Below are positions 39,761 to 54,567 of a stretch of 64,000 bases of DNA, piece after piece. The position numbers and the translations under genes were made by a program. The DNA comes from Mobula hypostoma (lineage: Eukaryota): contig NC_086097.1 in assembly GCF_963921235.1 (NCBI RefSeq), positions 92,072,001-92,136,000 on the forward strand, given 5' to 3'. The stretch's first letter is position 1, and each line of letters begins with the position of its first letter. The notes under the pieces are model-generated. The model was not told where the DNA came from and did no database searches. It worked only from the letters and a program-made list of their open reading frames with translations.

Positions 39761-40983
39761 CGGGGTGGCCAACCTTTTGCATTCCATGCGTCAATTTTTT
39801 CACGCACAAGTTCAGATGTGCCATATAACTCTTGTACCCGCATTCAATTCTTGTAAAGATATGTTAATATAGACATATTTAGCATTTTTACATGATATAT
39901 TGATTTAATATAAAAACAAGATAAACATTACTTACCTTAATGAGACTTTTGAGTCTGTTTTGATTTCGCCAAGCTTTTAATGTTTGGAGTTAAATTAGTT
40001 ACTGAGAGCAGCAGAGAATTCTTCAAATTTGAATCAGTCAATCGCGACCTCGTTTTGTTTTTAGTCATAGTCATACTTTATTGATCCCGGGGGAAATTGG
40101 TTTTCGTTACAGTTGCACCATAAATAATTAAATAGTAATAAACCATAAATAGTTAAATAGTAATATGTAAATTATGCCAGGAAATAAGTCCAGGACCAGC
40201 CTATTGGCTCAGGGTGTCTGACCCTCCAAGGGAGGAGTTGTAAAGTTTGATGGCCACAGGCAGGAATGACTTCCTATGACGCTCAGTGTTGCATCTCGGT
40301 GGAATGAGTCTACTTTAATCAATTTCATGGCTGAAAATGTTTTCACAAACAATGCACAAAGGTTTTCCTGACAGACCCGCTATAAATAAGAACTCATTTT
40401 CGCACTGTTCATTGAATTCACGCTTACTATCACTTCCTGCTTTTCTTTTGCACTGTGATGGGTAACTGAATGTAAAAACAAGGCTTAATTTTCGAAAAAG
40501 TACAAAACTGCAAATGCTCACAAAGGACGAACAAAGCACAACTCCGTAGTGCACGAGTGTCAATTGTAAACTGACTGGCAAAAACCAGCGACACACCGCT
40601 GGTGCAGACGCCTGGCGCCTCAGGATCAAACAAGTATCAAACGTGTATTGAACAATTGTGTAAATACTGCAGAACAAAAGTCCTTCTTTCCTAGTTTGAC
40701 TCATTGAACATTTTTAAAAAAATTGAAAACAGATTAATGTGAAAGTAGATAACATTCGCCAAAAGATGTGCACGAAATAATGAAATTGCTAAAAATAATT
40801 ACTAAGTTTTAGATTTATTCTCTGTAAAACCCATTTCTAGCTCAAAGCCTCTTGAATTCCTGTTATAGATTTTTTTTCTACAAATTGGTTTTTGGTTAAT
40901 ACTTTTTGCACGAGTAGGCTTACTTTTTTATTATTATCACTGGGGTGCAAGGCACCACTTTTGCCGCATGCGACCCATCCCTG
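39761..40983 (-). mobile_element. hAT (Charlie/SPIN-like) internal-deletion derivative
   Basis: 8-bp TSD atttagat/gtttagat; N-terminal KRK...FNEQCENEFLF...GKPLCIVCE and C-terminal KTRSRLTDSNLKNSLLLSVTNLTPNIKSLAKSKQTQKSH* remnants. Confidence 0.82.
40062..40311 (-). mobile_element. Rex1/Babar-like 3' fragment nested in the hAT element
   Basis: Near-identical reverse complement of about 11937-12197. Confidence 0.8.
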
Positions 40984-41619
40984 GTTTAGATCGCTTTCAT
41001 GAGGAAGGGGATTTCAGAAGAATGTTTCTTAAATGGGGGATGCATTAATGGAAGCGTCACTCACAGTCCCATCTAACTGAAGAAGTGGGATGAAAAAGAA
41101 CAGGATTGAATGTTCACGTACCACCCGCCTTTGAGTTTATCATTTAATCCTAATTGACCTTCACTAATTAACTGACAGTCAGCTTTTGACTGTCTGTACG
41201 AGTCCGGCAGTCCAGACTCAAAGGTCAGACCTGTGATCAACGTCCTGGGATGAGGTCCGAAGTTGGAGCCCAATGTCTGTGAGTCTGAGTATCCAGGGGC
41301 AAGGACTAGAAGCCTGGGGTTGTCCTACCCTGGCATTGGAGTCTTCAATGGGTGCGGGAGGACTGGGAGAGGACTTGTTCTGTTGTCGTTGTTATTGTTG
41401 CTTGTGTTGTTCTTTGGAACATTATGGGCTTGCTATATTGGCGTTGGAATGTGTGGCAACATTTGGGTGCGTTGGTTGTTAACGCAAATGATGCATTTCA
41501 CTGTCGGTTTCAATGTACATCGGATAATTAAACCTGAATCTAAATCTAAATGTAAACTGTATGACTGTTCTAAACCTTCAAGCAATCAGAAATGCACGAA
41601 AACAGAGTTACCACTGTTA

Positions 41620-41718
<99 letters not shown>

Positions 41719-42612
41719 TCAGCATTTAAGAATTAGGAATTCAAGGATTTAATGAAAGAGAAATTGGATCATGGGCCTTACTTGGGCCAATTTTTACACT
41801 TAATTATATCCATTCCCTTAATTTGTAAAAATTCTTAAATCCAGACCCAAATATATTGAAAAATGAAGCATCTGTAGTCCACCACACAAAATAATTACAA
41901 AGAATTACAACTTGTTGCATTAAAACAATTTCATTTAAGTCATAAATAGCTGATGGCTTATGAATCCTACTTAGCTGTACTGTAGAGTCACAGAAATCAT
42001 ACAATATTGAAACAGTCCATCATACTTATGATGACCTTTATACATATCTATACAAGTTCCACTTAGTTACGTTCATTCTATAGCCTTCAATGTGAGGCAT
42101 TTCAAATGTTTGTCTAAATACTTCTTAAGATTTTATGGAAGTTCTATCTCCACTGCCTCCTCAGGCAGTGCATTCCAGACTCCACTCTCTATACGAAAAT
42201 ATTCTTCTTCAAGTCTCCTGTAAACCTCTTGATCTCAATTTATACCTATCCCCTCCTGCTTTAGACACCCTCACTCAAGAGAATACCATCTACCCTATTA
42301 ACCTCTGTTTGCTTTTTTATACTCCACAGAGAAAATATCCCCATAGTGTCTACCCTGATAGTCTTTCTCACAGAGAACTTTGTTGTGTTGAGATCATTTC
42401 ATTCTTTGATATTTCAAAGCATATAGTTCCCTCCCTCTCAATCTCTCCTCAAAAGATAGTCTTTGCATTCCAATAAATAATGCACTGTACATTCATCACA
42501 GTATGTATAAAACAAGTATAATCTTAGAGAAGAATTCAAAATCTATACCCAGCACTCCACATGTGATCTCATCAAAGTAATACACAATTGCATCATCTTA
42601 ATTGAAAAAAAA

Positions 42613-43110
42613 TCAATGGCCACTTTATTATTACACCTGTTCATTAATGTAAATACTGTACCCAATCAGCCAATCATATGGCAGCAGCTCAATGCATAAA
42701 AGAGGTTCAGTTGTTGTTCAGACCAAACATCAGAATGGGAAAGAAATGGGATCCAAGTGATTTTGACGGTGAAATGATTGTTGGTGCCAGATGGGGTGGT
42801 TTGAGTAGCTCAGAAACTGCTGGTCTCCTGGGATTTTCATGCACAACAGTCTCTTGAGTTTACAAAGTAAGGTGCAAAAATTAAAAAAAACATCCAGTGA
42901 GCGACAGTTCTGCGGGCGAAAATTCCTTGTTAACGAGAGAGGTCTGAGGAGAATGGCCAGACTGGTTCAAGCTGACAGGAAGGATATTGTAACTCAAACA
43001 AAAATGTGTAACAACAGTGGTGTGCAGAAGAGCATCTCTGAATCTTTAAGCAGCAGCAGCAGACCAGGGATATGCACTCAGTGGCCACTTTACGAGGTAA
43101 AAGTACCTAA
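42613..43110 (+). mobile_element. Tc1/mariner remnant (N-terminal HTH region)
   Basis: MGKKWDPSDFDGEMIVGARWGGLSSSETAGLLGFS...KTSSERQFCGRK...RRMARLVQADRK; ca(a/g)tggccacttta repeated at both ends. Confidence 0.75.
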
Positions 43111-43299
43111 AAAGCATCGCCATTGAGTGTATATTCCTACTCCCAGACAACACAGGCCAAGCTGACGCTTGCTGTCCTTGCATGCTAATGTTTTGCCGTA
43201 TGCACATAATGACGTTCGAATTTCTCCGATTATCAGAATAATTCATTCCCTCACCTTCTGATTAATGCTCTCATTCTTCCTCTCAAAGTGAATAATCAC

Positions 43300-45862
43300 A
43301 TCAGGCTCCATACACTTTTGGGGGTATTCTATAAGCACCCTGGTAGCAGCAGAGATCCAGAGGAGCAGATTGGGAGGCAGATTTTGGAAAGGTGCAAAAA
43401 TAACAGGGTTGTTATCATAGGTGACTTTAACTTCCCTGATATTGATTGGCACCTGATTATTTCCAAGGGTTTAGATGGAGCAGAGTTTGTTAAGTGTGTC
43501 CAGGACGGATTCCTGTCACAGTATGTTGACAGGCCGACTAAGGGTAATGCCATACTAGATCTAGTACTAGGTAATGAACTGGGTCAGGTCACAGATCTCT
43601 CAGTGAGTGAGCATCTGGGGGACAGTGACCACTGCTCCCTGGCCTTTAGCATTATCATGGAAAAGGATAGAATCAGAGAGGACAGGAAAATTTTTAATTG
43701 GGGGAGGGCAAATTATGAGGCTATAAGGCTGGAACTTGTGGATGTGAATTGGGATGATGTTTTTGCAGGGAAATGTACTATGGACATGTGGTCAATGTTT
43801 AGAGATCTCTTGCAGGATGTTAGGGATAAATTTGTCCTGGTGAGGAAGATAAAGAATGGTAGGGTGAAGGAACCATGGGTGACAAGTGAGGTGGAAAATC
43901 TAGTCTGGTGGAAGAAGGCAGCATACATGAGGTTTAAGAAGCAAGGATCAGATGGGTCTTTTGAGGAATATAGGGAAGCAAGAAAGGAGCTTAAGAAGGG
44001 GTTGAGAAGAGCAAGAGGGGGGCATGAGAAGGCCTTGGCGAGTAGGGTAAAGGAAAACCCCAAGGCATTCTTCAATTATGTGAAGAACAAAAGGATGACA
44101 GGAGTGAAGATAGGACTGATTAGAGATAAAGGTGGGAAGATGTGCCTGGAGGCTGTGGAAGTGAGCAAGATCCTCAATGAATATTTCTCTTCGGTATTCA
44201 CCAATGAGAGGGAACTTGATGATGGTGAGGACAATATGAGTGAGGTTGATGTTCTGGAGCATGTTGATATTAAGGGAGAGGAGGTGTTGGAGTTGTTAAA
44301 ATACATTAGGATGGATAAGTCCCCAGGGCCTGACGGAATATTCCCCAGTTTGCTCCACGAGGCGAGGGAAGAGATTGCTGAGCCTCTGGCTAGGATCTTT
44401 ATGTCCTCGTTGTCCATGGGAATGGTACCGGAGGACTGGAGGGAGGCGAATGTTGTCCCCTTGTTCAAAAAAGGTAGTAGGAATAGTCCGGGTAATTATA
44501 GTCCAGTGACCCTTACGTCTGTGGTGGGAAAGCTGTTGGAAAAGATTCTTAGAGATAGGATCTATGGGCATTTAGAGAAACATGGTCTGATCAGGGACAG
44601 TCAGCATGCCTTTGTGAAGGGCAGATCGTGTCTAACAAGCCTGATAGAGTTCTTTGAGGAGGTGACCAGGCATATAGATGAGGGTAGTGCAGTGCATGTG
44701 ATCTACATGGATTCTAGTAAGGCATTTGACAAGGTTCCACACAGCAGGCTTATTCAGAAAGTCAGAAGGCATGGGATCCAGGGAAGTTTAGCCAGGTGGA
44801 TTCAGAATTGGCTTGCCTGCACAAGGCAGAGGGTCGTGTTGGAGGGAGTACATTCGGACTGGAGGGTTGTGACTAGTGGTGTCCCACAAGGATCTGTTCT
44901 GGGACCTCTACTTTTCGTGATTTCTATTAATGACCTGGGTGTGGGGGTAGAAGGGTGGGTTGGCAAGTTTGCGGACGACACAAAGGTTGATGGTGTTGTA
45001 GATAGTGTAGACGATTGTCAAAGATTTCAGAGAGACATTGATAGGATGCAGAAGTGGGCTGAGAAGTGGCAGATGGAGTTCAACCCGGAGAAGTGTGAGG
45101 TGATACACTTTGGAAGGACAAACTCCAAGGCAGAGTACAAAGTAAATGGCAGGATACTTGGAATTGTGGACGAACAGAGGGATCTGGGGGTATATGTCCA
45201 CAGATCCCTGAAAGTTGCCTCACAGCTAGATAGGGTAGTTAAGATAGCTTATGGGGTGTTAGCTTTCATAAGTCGAGGGATAGATTTTAAGAGTCACAAT
45301 GTAATGATGCAGCTCTATAAAACTCTGGTTAGGCCACACTTGGAGTACTGTGTCCAGTTCTGGTCACCTCACTATAGGAAGGATGTGGAAGCATTGGAAA
45401 GGGTACAGAGGAGATTTACCAGGATGCTGCCTGGTTTAGAAAGTATGCATTATGATCAGAGATTAAGGGAGCTAGGGCTTTACTCTTTGGAGAGAAGGAG
45501 GATGAGAGGAGACATGATAGAGGTGTACAAGATAATAAGAGGAATAGATAGAGTGGATAGCCAGCGCCTCTTCCCCAGGGCACCACTGCTCACTACAAGA
45601 GGACATGACTTTAAGGTAAGGGGTGGGAAGTTCAAGGGGGATATTAGAGGAAGGTTTTTTTTACTCATAGAGTGGTTGGTGCGTGGAATGCACTGCCTGA
45701 GTCAGTGGTGGAGGCAGATACACTAGTGAAGTTTAAGAGACTACTAGACAGGTATATGGAGGAACTTAAGGTGGGGATGTTATATGGGAGGCAGGGTTTG
45801 AGGGTCGGCACAACATTGTGGGCCGAAGGGCCTGTAATGTGCTGTACTATTCTATGTTCTAT
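43300..45862 (+). mobile_element. CR1 LINE, 5'-truncated, long open ORF2 (812 aa)
   Basis: IGDFN, LDLV and SDH endonuclease motifs; RT with KFADDTK; frameshift at the T-run near 45655. Confidence 0.95.
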
Positions 45863-46675
45863 CTGCCACCTTCTCGCCATTCAGTTAATCTGGCCGCACC
45901 CGCTTGCTTCCATCACACATTTGCTCTCCCTACATTGTCTTACAAGTGAACTTAGCTAGTTCCCTCATCTCAGCAACCGAGATCTGAAGGGCAGCTTTTT
46001 CCCTGCAGAGTGTGAATACCCTCTGGAATGAGCTTCCAAGGGAAGTATAATTTCAATGTTTAAATGGATTTTGGACAGGTACTTGAATCAGGAAAGTGTA
46101 GAGAGCTACATGTCTAATGTGGACAAATGGGATTAAGGTGGATAGGCGTCATGCTCAGCTTGGATGAGCTGAGCCACGAGGGCCCTTTTCTATGCTGTAT
46201 ATTTCTGTGATTCTATGGTATGCAATTTAAATTGCTTATTTGTTTCTCCTTGCATCAGTCTATTGGTTACACTCTACTAATCCAAGAATGACCGCTTTAT
46301 TTCTAGTCTAATTTTTATTTCTCATTAACCAGTCCTTAGTCCATCCACCCATAATCTGAGGAGTCTCAGTCTCGTTCATTAACCCAATCACCCTTACATC
46401 GGAAAATGAACTTGCACATGTTTGGAGCAAGAATGGCAATGGAGCAGTAGGATTGAACATTTCTACTGAGTCACGTTAGCCTCTGTACACGCTGGGCAAA
46501 CTACAGTGCAGGGGTTAGGAACCTGGCCCGCTGAGGCAACAAAAAAACGTTTGTCTCGAAACACCATGCAAGGAGAGAGAGCCGTCCGTGCGTAGGCTGC
46601 CCAGTCAATGCACCACGCGATTAGTCGGCCACATACATACTTGACGCATTCTCGCAAACAATCTGATATGGTTCA

Positions 46676-46828
<153 letters not shown>

Positions 46829-47439
46829 TTATCAAGTTGTATCTCATCTACAGTGTGAAATGCTAGAGCAACAATGTCTTAGTCAACGTGTGGATCCAGA
46901 GGTGAAACTTGCCCATTGAACAGTGCATGTCAGTCTATCTCAGTCACAGCAATTTCATATCTATTCATCAGCAATGAACAAGTCATTTCCCACATCCTCT
47001 AGATCTGACGTCTCAGTGGAACATTTGCAATATTGTCAGGGCTTTTTCTCCTGACTCTCCACTTGCATCGTGTCAGGCATGGGCAATGTCACCCCTGACG
47101 AGTTCCTCATCACCCACACCCTCCTATCCACGTTCACACCCTCCTCCTTCTGTGCTAGGTCCCAGTTGACCTGTAGCAGATAATTCCATGATGTCTTGCC
47201 CCAGGGAACTGACAAACTGTCTGTTGGGTATGAACCTGCGTTCATGTCCTCATCATTGCTGCACTTATTCTAACTGTTCATTTATTCAGTCCAGGCAGCA
47301 TTTTGGATGGTAAAGTCCGGACCAGAGCTACTTAGGCCTATTGTTGTGTAGAGGCCTTTTACAGCCATCAGCTTCCTCCCTCTTTCCAGAGTAACAGCCA
47401 CATGCTGGAGGGACACAGCTGAAAAGGATAGATTGGCAC

Positions 47440-48010
47440 ATGGAAGGCAGACTGTAAAGAGCATGCACAAGAGGAGAGGATGGCTTTAGGCTGGGTGGTG
47501 TGGTCTAGGCCTGGAGCATTTTGCTGCAGTGGAGACCAGGTCCAAATGTGAGGCACAATCTGTTCTCTGGATGATTTATACGCCAGCCCAGATAGACTGG
47601 AAAGGCTGGGTGTTGAGACTGGAGGTGAGGATTGGGCCAATTTCACTCACTCTCCCGTGATGTTCACTCCCGTCTCCATGATGCTGAGGCTGTGAGACTG
47701 CCCTGGCTGCTGTGCTTCATGTCTGCGAGCTTCGCGATGATTTGCCCCACTTATATGATGAAATGAGACCGAGGCTTTGGGCCTATTCTGGCCTACTCCG
47801 GGGATTCAATCTAAGGACTCAATTTGGTTGAGAATGCTGTTGCTTGCTTCTATAGTTTGCATGATTTGTGTTTTTTTCCTCTCTTTCTCTACGCATGGGG
47901 TGTGGGTCTTTTTTTTAAATTGGGTTCTTCTGGGTTTCTTGCTTTGTGGCTGCCTATAAGGAGACAAATCTCAAGGTTGCATAATTTATACATTAAAAAA
48001 AACGTACTTT
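47440..48010 (+). repeat. Interspersed repeat with Rex/RTE-like 3' tail
   Basis: Tail gagacaaatctcaaggttg...acttt resembles the inverted tails at 48.6k and 49.8k. Confidence 0.45.
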
Positions 48011-48574
48011 AAATCGTTGAAGGGTGGTGAGTCAGTGACCAAATAATTTCACTCACTTGGATTTTAAAATTGTTGAGTTGTTTAGATGTGGCTTTCATGG
48101 TTTGTTGCAAAACCAGATACAAAATCTGGTAACTGAAGAACACAAGGACAGTATTAGGTTTCTGGCTATTATTTATAAACCCATTCAGTGTTTTAATTTC
48201 ACCCATGTATCTTCGATTGGGATTTCAGATCATGCATGGATGCACACTACCCTTTCTGTGCAGGTACATCACATTTATGGAAGATTACAATCAAAGGTTA
48301 AGCAACAGAAGTTTGCAACTTCATTTCCCTGTTCATTTCATGCCAGAAGTTTGTTGTGGGTCTACAAAAAAACCTGCCGTTCATTTGTATTTCCAGATAA
48401 CAGAGAGTACCTCAGGAGTAGCATGAGTAGTCCATTATCCATCGGATCTTGTAGAGTTCAAAGAATTCTCAGGGACCAGTCATTTTTACAATCTATACAA
48501 TTGACACAATGACTTGAATAGGGATCCCATAAGAATAGTTGTTGTCGACAGCTGCAGTCAGTGCTTTTGAGAGT

Positions 48575-49480
48575 TTAAATTTCAAAGTTCAAAGTAAATT
48601 TATAACTGATGTACACAGATGTCACTTTGAGATTCGTTTCCTTGCAGGCATTGACAGGACAATAAAGAAATACAATAAAATTTATGAAAAATTATAAATA
48701 ACAAAGACTGACAAACAACCAATGTGCAAAAGACAACACATTTTGTAAATAATACAAAAAAGTAAATAAGTAATACCGAGGACATGACTTGTAAAGACAT
48801 TGAAAGTGAGTCGATAGGTTGTGGAGTCAGTTCATTGTTGAGGTGAGTGAAATTATCCACACCAGTTCAGAGCCCAAATGGATGAAGGGTAATAACTGTT
48901 CCTGAACCTGGTGATGTGGGACGGAAGGCTCCTGTACCTCCTCCCCAATGGGAGTAGTGAGAAGAGGGCAAGGACTGGATGATGGGGGTCTTTGATGATG
49001 GATGCTGCTTTCTTGTGGCAGCGCTCCATGTAAATGTACTCCATGATGGGGAGGGCTTTGCCTCTGATGGATTGGACTTTTATCTACATTTTGCAGAATT
49101 TTCTGTTCCTGAGAATTAGTGCTTTCATACCAGTCAGGATACTCACCACTTTGCATTTATACAAGTTTACACTAGTTTTAGATGACGTGCCAAATTTACA
49201 CAAAATTCTAAGAAAGAGGAGGCACTATCATGCCTTCTTTGTGATTTTGCTTGCATGCTAATCCCAGGACAGATGCCAAGGAATTTAAAGGTGACCTTCT
49301 CCACCTCTGTTCCCTTAATGAACACTGGCTCATCGACCTCTGGCTTCTTCCTATCATCAATAATCAGCTCTTTGGTTTTGCTGATGTTGAGTGAGAGATT
49401 GTTTTGATACCATTCAATCAGATTTTCAATCTCTCTCCTATGAGCTGATTCATCACCAGCTTTGGTTCGACCAACATACT
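48575..49480 (-). mobile_element. Rex1/Babar-like LINE fragment
   Basis: RCHKKAASIIKDPHHPVLALFSLLPLGRRYRS...TRFRNSYYP. Confidence 0.8.
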
Positions 49481-49819
49481 AATTACAACCAGAAATGTAT
49501 TAGCTGAAGTAACAGACTGTAATTTCTATTGGTAGACTTTTTTTAATGCTTGTATTTAATTTGGCTTGAAGACATTTTTAGGTTTGTATAAGAGTATTTA
49601 GGACACCGAAGAGCATTCTTGCCAAAGGCATCTTGTTGTTTTCCCAAGAGATTGAGAAGGGTTTACAACCAGGAAGGTTTTAATGGATTGAGAAGATACA
49701 AACCATTTTCACTAGTAGGTGGCCTATTACTGGTGGTCCAAGGTTTAAGGTAATTTACACTGGGTTGTGGGCTAGGTGGAAGGTGAGTTGCTCACATAAT
49801 TCTACAGTAGTTCTAATAG

Positions 49820-50130
49820 TTCAAAGTAGATTTATTATCAAAGTACATACATATCACCATATACAACTCTGAGATTCATTTCCTTGTAGGCATTCACAGT
49901 AAAACAAAGAAATAATAGAATCAATGAAAAACTACACGCAAAGATCGACAAACAACCAATGTACAAATAAATAAATACCAAGAACACGAGTTGTAGAATC
50001 AGTTCCGTGTTGAGGTGAGTGAAGTCATCCACGCTGGTTCAGGAGCCTGATGGTTGAAGGGTGATAACTGTTCCTGAACCTGGTGGTGTGAGACTCAGGG
50101 CTCCTGTACTTCCTTCCCGATGGCAGCAGC
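49820..50130 (-). mobile_element. Rex1/Babar-like 3' tail
   Basis: Similar to 48575-48960. Confidence 0.7.
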
Positions 50131-50149
50131 TGGTTCCTCTTTGGAACTG

Positions 50150-50520
50150 AAATCTGCAGCCAGAGACTGGCATGTAGCATTGTTTCAAGCTATTCAAAAG
50201 AACTGAGAACCTTCAGGAGTTCGGAATGCGATTGCAGCAGCTGGGAGCTCAGGAAGTTCCCCAATTTCTCAGGACACGAGGTTGCTGAGGAGGCCGGAGT
50301 AAAACTGAAGCACAGGGCTTTAAGGCCTATACAGATGAAGATCGTGTGAGGTGTCACGGAAGTAGGTAGGAAGGGACTGAAGTAGGGGGGATAAAACAGT
50401 GTCAAGGTATGCAGATATGAGTTCAGTTGGGCAGGAACAAGCTGAAACGATGGTTTCTACCCGGCCAAGTGGGTTTGTGGATCTTGGGTAGGGGCTAGAA
50501 ACGGGAGGTAGAAATAACTT
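50150..50520 (-). mobile_element. Penelope RT fragment
   Basis: PKIHKP and IVSACSCPTELISAYLDTVLSPLLQSLPTYFRDT, typical of PLE reverse transcriptase. Confidence 0.7.
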
Positions 50521-50589
50521 CAAGACCTGTGTGGAGAAGTGTATGCCTTTGAGAGTTTTCCATAAATGGATGCCCTGGGTAAACCAAGA

Positions 50590-52325
50590 GATTCACAGTC
50601 CGCGAGAGCTGGATCTGTGGCAATCTGGACTGGCAGTTCAGAATCATTCTAGAAGTCCAGGCAGGACTTACAGAAGGTCATCATGAGAGAAAAAAGATAA
50701 TTCATGCGAGAAGCAATCAGATGCATGACAACTGTGGCAGATTGGTATGCCATTAAGTGAAATTTAGCAGCATAAATGGCGGTAATGTATCATTTCCTGA
50801 TGAGCTCAATGCCCTTTTATGCATGCTTTGGAAGGGAGAATAACACTATATCTGTGCAAATCCCCATAGCATCCAGCAATCCTGTGATCTCATCTCAGGA
50901 TGAGACGAGGGTGAACTCTTGCAAGGCATCCGACCCCAATAGTGTACTTGGCCAGATACTGAAAAATGGTGCCGACCAAGTGGCTGGAGGACAGTGTTCG
51001 AGGACATCCTCAACCCCGCATTGCTGGGGTCTGGGGTTCCTCCCTGCTTCTAAAGAGCAGCAATGATATTGATGCCCAAGAGCAGGGTGAGCAGTTTCTA
51101 TATTAACCACCCAGTTGCTGTCATGTCCACTATGATGAAGTACTTTGGGAGAGTGGTTATGGCTAGAATTAACTCCTGGCTGAGCAAACAGCTGAAACTA
51201 TTGAAATCTCCCTACTGCTGCAACAGGTCTACAGTGGACACAATCTCACTGGCTATGGAGCACCTAGACAACTGCAAAACATAGGTTTCTGTTTATCGAT
51301 TACAGTATAGTGTTCAGCACTGTCAGTATAGTGTTCAGTACAAATCACCAAGCTTCGAAACCTGCTCCTCTAACTACCTGTGCAACTGGACCCTCAGCTT
51401 CCTCGTCAGGACTCCATAGCCAGCAAGACCATTTCAGTTCTGACAATCAACACAGGCAATCTACCTCAACAGATGAGCTTAGCCCACTACTCTCTTTTTT
51501 TCTAAACTCATGACAACATAGCTATTTATAAATTTCCAGAGGACACCACCATTGGTAAAGTCTCAGGTGACAATGAGAAGGCATGCTGGAGTGAGATAGA
51601 TTGACTAGTTGAGTGGTGTTGCAATAACAACCTTGCACAGTGCCAGCAAGATCAAGGAACTGACTGAGAATGCCAGGTAGGGGAGGTTTGGAGTTTGAGA
51701 TGTCAGTGATGGAAGGGGTAAGCAATTTTAGGTTCCTGTGTGACAACATCTCAGATTTATCCTGGGCCCAACACATTGGTGCCATCTTAAAGGCCGGACA
51801 CCGGTACCTCTACATTGATAGGAGTTTGAGGATATTTGGTATGACACCAAAGATTCTTGCAAATTTCTGTAGATGGACCGTGGAGAGCATTCCAACTGGA
51901 GGCATTGCCATCTGGTGTGAAGCTCCGACATACAGGATCGCGACGGACTGCCGAGGGTCGTGGATTCAGCCTGTTTTATCGTGGGCACAATGCTCCACAC
52001 CATGGAGGACATCTTCAAGAGGCGGTACCTCCAGGCGGCAGCATCCATTAAGGACCCTCACCATCCAGGATGTGCCCTGTTCTCACTTCTACAAAGGGTG
52101 GCGGGGGGGAAGGAACCCAAAGTCCCACATTCAATGATTCAGAAACAGCTTCTCCCACCACAATCAGATTTCTGAATGGTCTGTGAACACTACCATGTTA
52201 CATTTCTTGCACTACTATATTTGTCTCTTATACTTGTTGCTATTCTGTGTTCTTGCACTGTACTTCCGCGGTAGAACAGCACCTTTCACGCCATACAAGA
52301 CAGTGAAAGTAAACCTGATTCTGAT
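50590..52325 (+). mobile_element. Degraded Rex1/Babar-like LINE
   Basis: HPVAVMSTMMKYF, NRSTVDTI, FRFLCDNISDLSW, AASIKDPHHPG remnants. Confidence 0.72.
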
Positions 52326-52370
52326 CTGTAGTAGACTGCCTGAGTGGATGAAAGTAGCTCAGTACATTCA

Positions 52371-52715
<345 letters not shown>

Positions 52716-53034
52716 TCATACCCTGCCACGGTGCCATGCCCACCAAGCAGTTCACACAGGCTGACTGTAGGCGCACACTTATACGCGCGACACATGCAAA
52801 TATATAGATCCACAGACTAGACAAGGGTTGCAGTTTGTAACACTCCAGTGGCAGCCATTCTGGGCTTGTATCCATGCTTTATGCCATAGGTGTTCTGCAT
52901 TACAACAGTAACTCCACTTCAGAAATATTTCACTGGCTGCAAGCACTCTTGGATGTCCAGGGGGTACTGAAGGTTGGCACAAATCCTTTTTGTTCTCCCT
53001 TGCAACACAAAGAGAAACAAATCCCTGTGTACTT

Positions 53035-53630
53035 AAGAACCAGTCAGGAGGTTATGTTGCAACTTTATAAGGCTTTGGTTAGGCCACATCTGGAATGTTG
53101 CATACAGTACTGATTGCCCCACTACTGGAAGGATGTTAAGGCTCTGAAGAGGGTGGAGAAGAGGTTTACCAGGACACTGCCTGGCTTAGAGGGCATGTGC
53201 TATCACCAGAGGCTGGATAGACTTGGGTTGCTTTCTGTGGAGCACCAGATGATGAAGGGAGATCTGATAGAAGTTTATAAGATTATGAGAGGCATAGATG
53301 GAGTGGACAGAGTGTATCTGTCTCCCAGGGTTGAAATACCAGAGGACATGCAATAAAGGTGAGAGGGAGTAGGCTCAAGGGGGGTGTTATTTACCTAGAG
53401 AGTCGTAGATGCCCGGAATGCACTGCCTGGTATGGTGGTAGAGACAAATACATTACCAGACTTCTAAGAAATATTTGGATAGGCACATGAATGTAAGGAA
53501 GATGGAAGGATATGGACATGGTGTAGGCAGGAGGGAGTAGTGTTTCGGTGTTTTTGATTTGCTTTTTAGCTGGTTTGGCACAACATCGTGGGCCGAATGG
53601 CCTGTTCCTGTGCTGTACTCTTAAATGTCC
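53035..53630 (+). mobile_element. CR1 3' fragment
   Basis: VMLQLYKALVRPHLEC and KRVEKRFTRTLPGL. Confidence 0.85.
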
Positions 53631-54567
53631 TAACTATAATAATGAGAAACCTCTCACATCAGCCCATCAGAACTGGTCGCTGAGCTTAAGTTGGCTCATT
53701 GATGGTACCTTGCCTCTGATTTAGAACATTGTACGCATTTACTCCTCCATCACAAGAGAACCAGTTACTGTAATCTTGCAGTTTATGGAGCTCTTCCTTG
53801 TATGTTGCATTGCCTTTGAGACACAGTGAATATATTTAAAATGCACTTCGAGATGTGAAGTGCTTTGAGATAGTCAGTGTGAATAGTCCTGTACAAATGC
53901 AAACTCATTTCCATTCATTTTCTAAGTGTTCTGTAACCATATTAGTCTTAATTTTTTACTGATGATCAATTTATGCTTTTGCTAAATGGATATCTTAAGT
54001 TAAGCCAAAATTAGTTAAGATAAGGAATGTACAAACAAGAGTTACTGATGCAAGAATAGGCAAATTTGGCTCCTCTGACATTCAGAAAGGTCATGAATGA
54101 TAATTTCCCTCATTACCACTTCTCTGCCCTAAGCCCATATCCATTGGTTACCTTAATATCCAAAATTCATTGATTTCCATCTTGGATATCTGTCCAGCCC
54201 CGTAAGAATGGACATCGAGATCAGCATTTATTACATGAAACTCTCGAGAGCATAGGCCCTGTTTGCTAACGCAAGCTGGGACTCAGTTGTTGATTCTACT
54301 GATTTTAAAATGTAATTTCCAATAGAAACCCATCAAATTTCTTTTGAAACCTCTCAACCTTGTTTCCACTTGACTTAGGGTAGCAGTTGAAATTAGAGGA
54401 CAGAAAGCCAGGCATGACTCGTAATGAGGAACTGCAATATTTGGAAAAAGGAGAGAACGTCATCGTGTGCTACCCAAGAGGAGAGAGGTAACGGTGACTG
54501 GCAAATGGATGTCTTCTGAATTCTCTACTATACAACATTTTAGAAACCAACTACTCTCATTTTTTGA

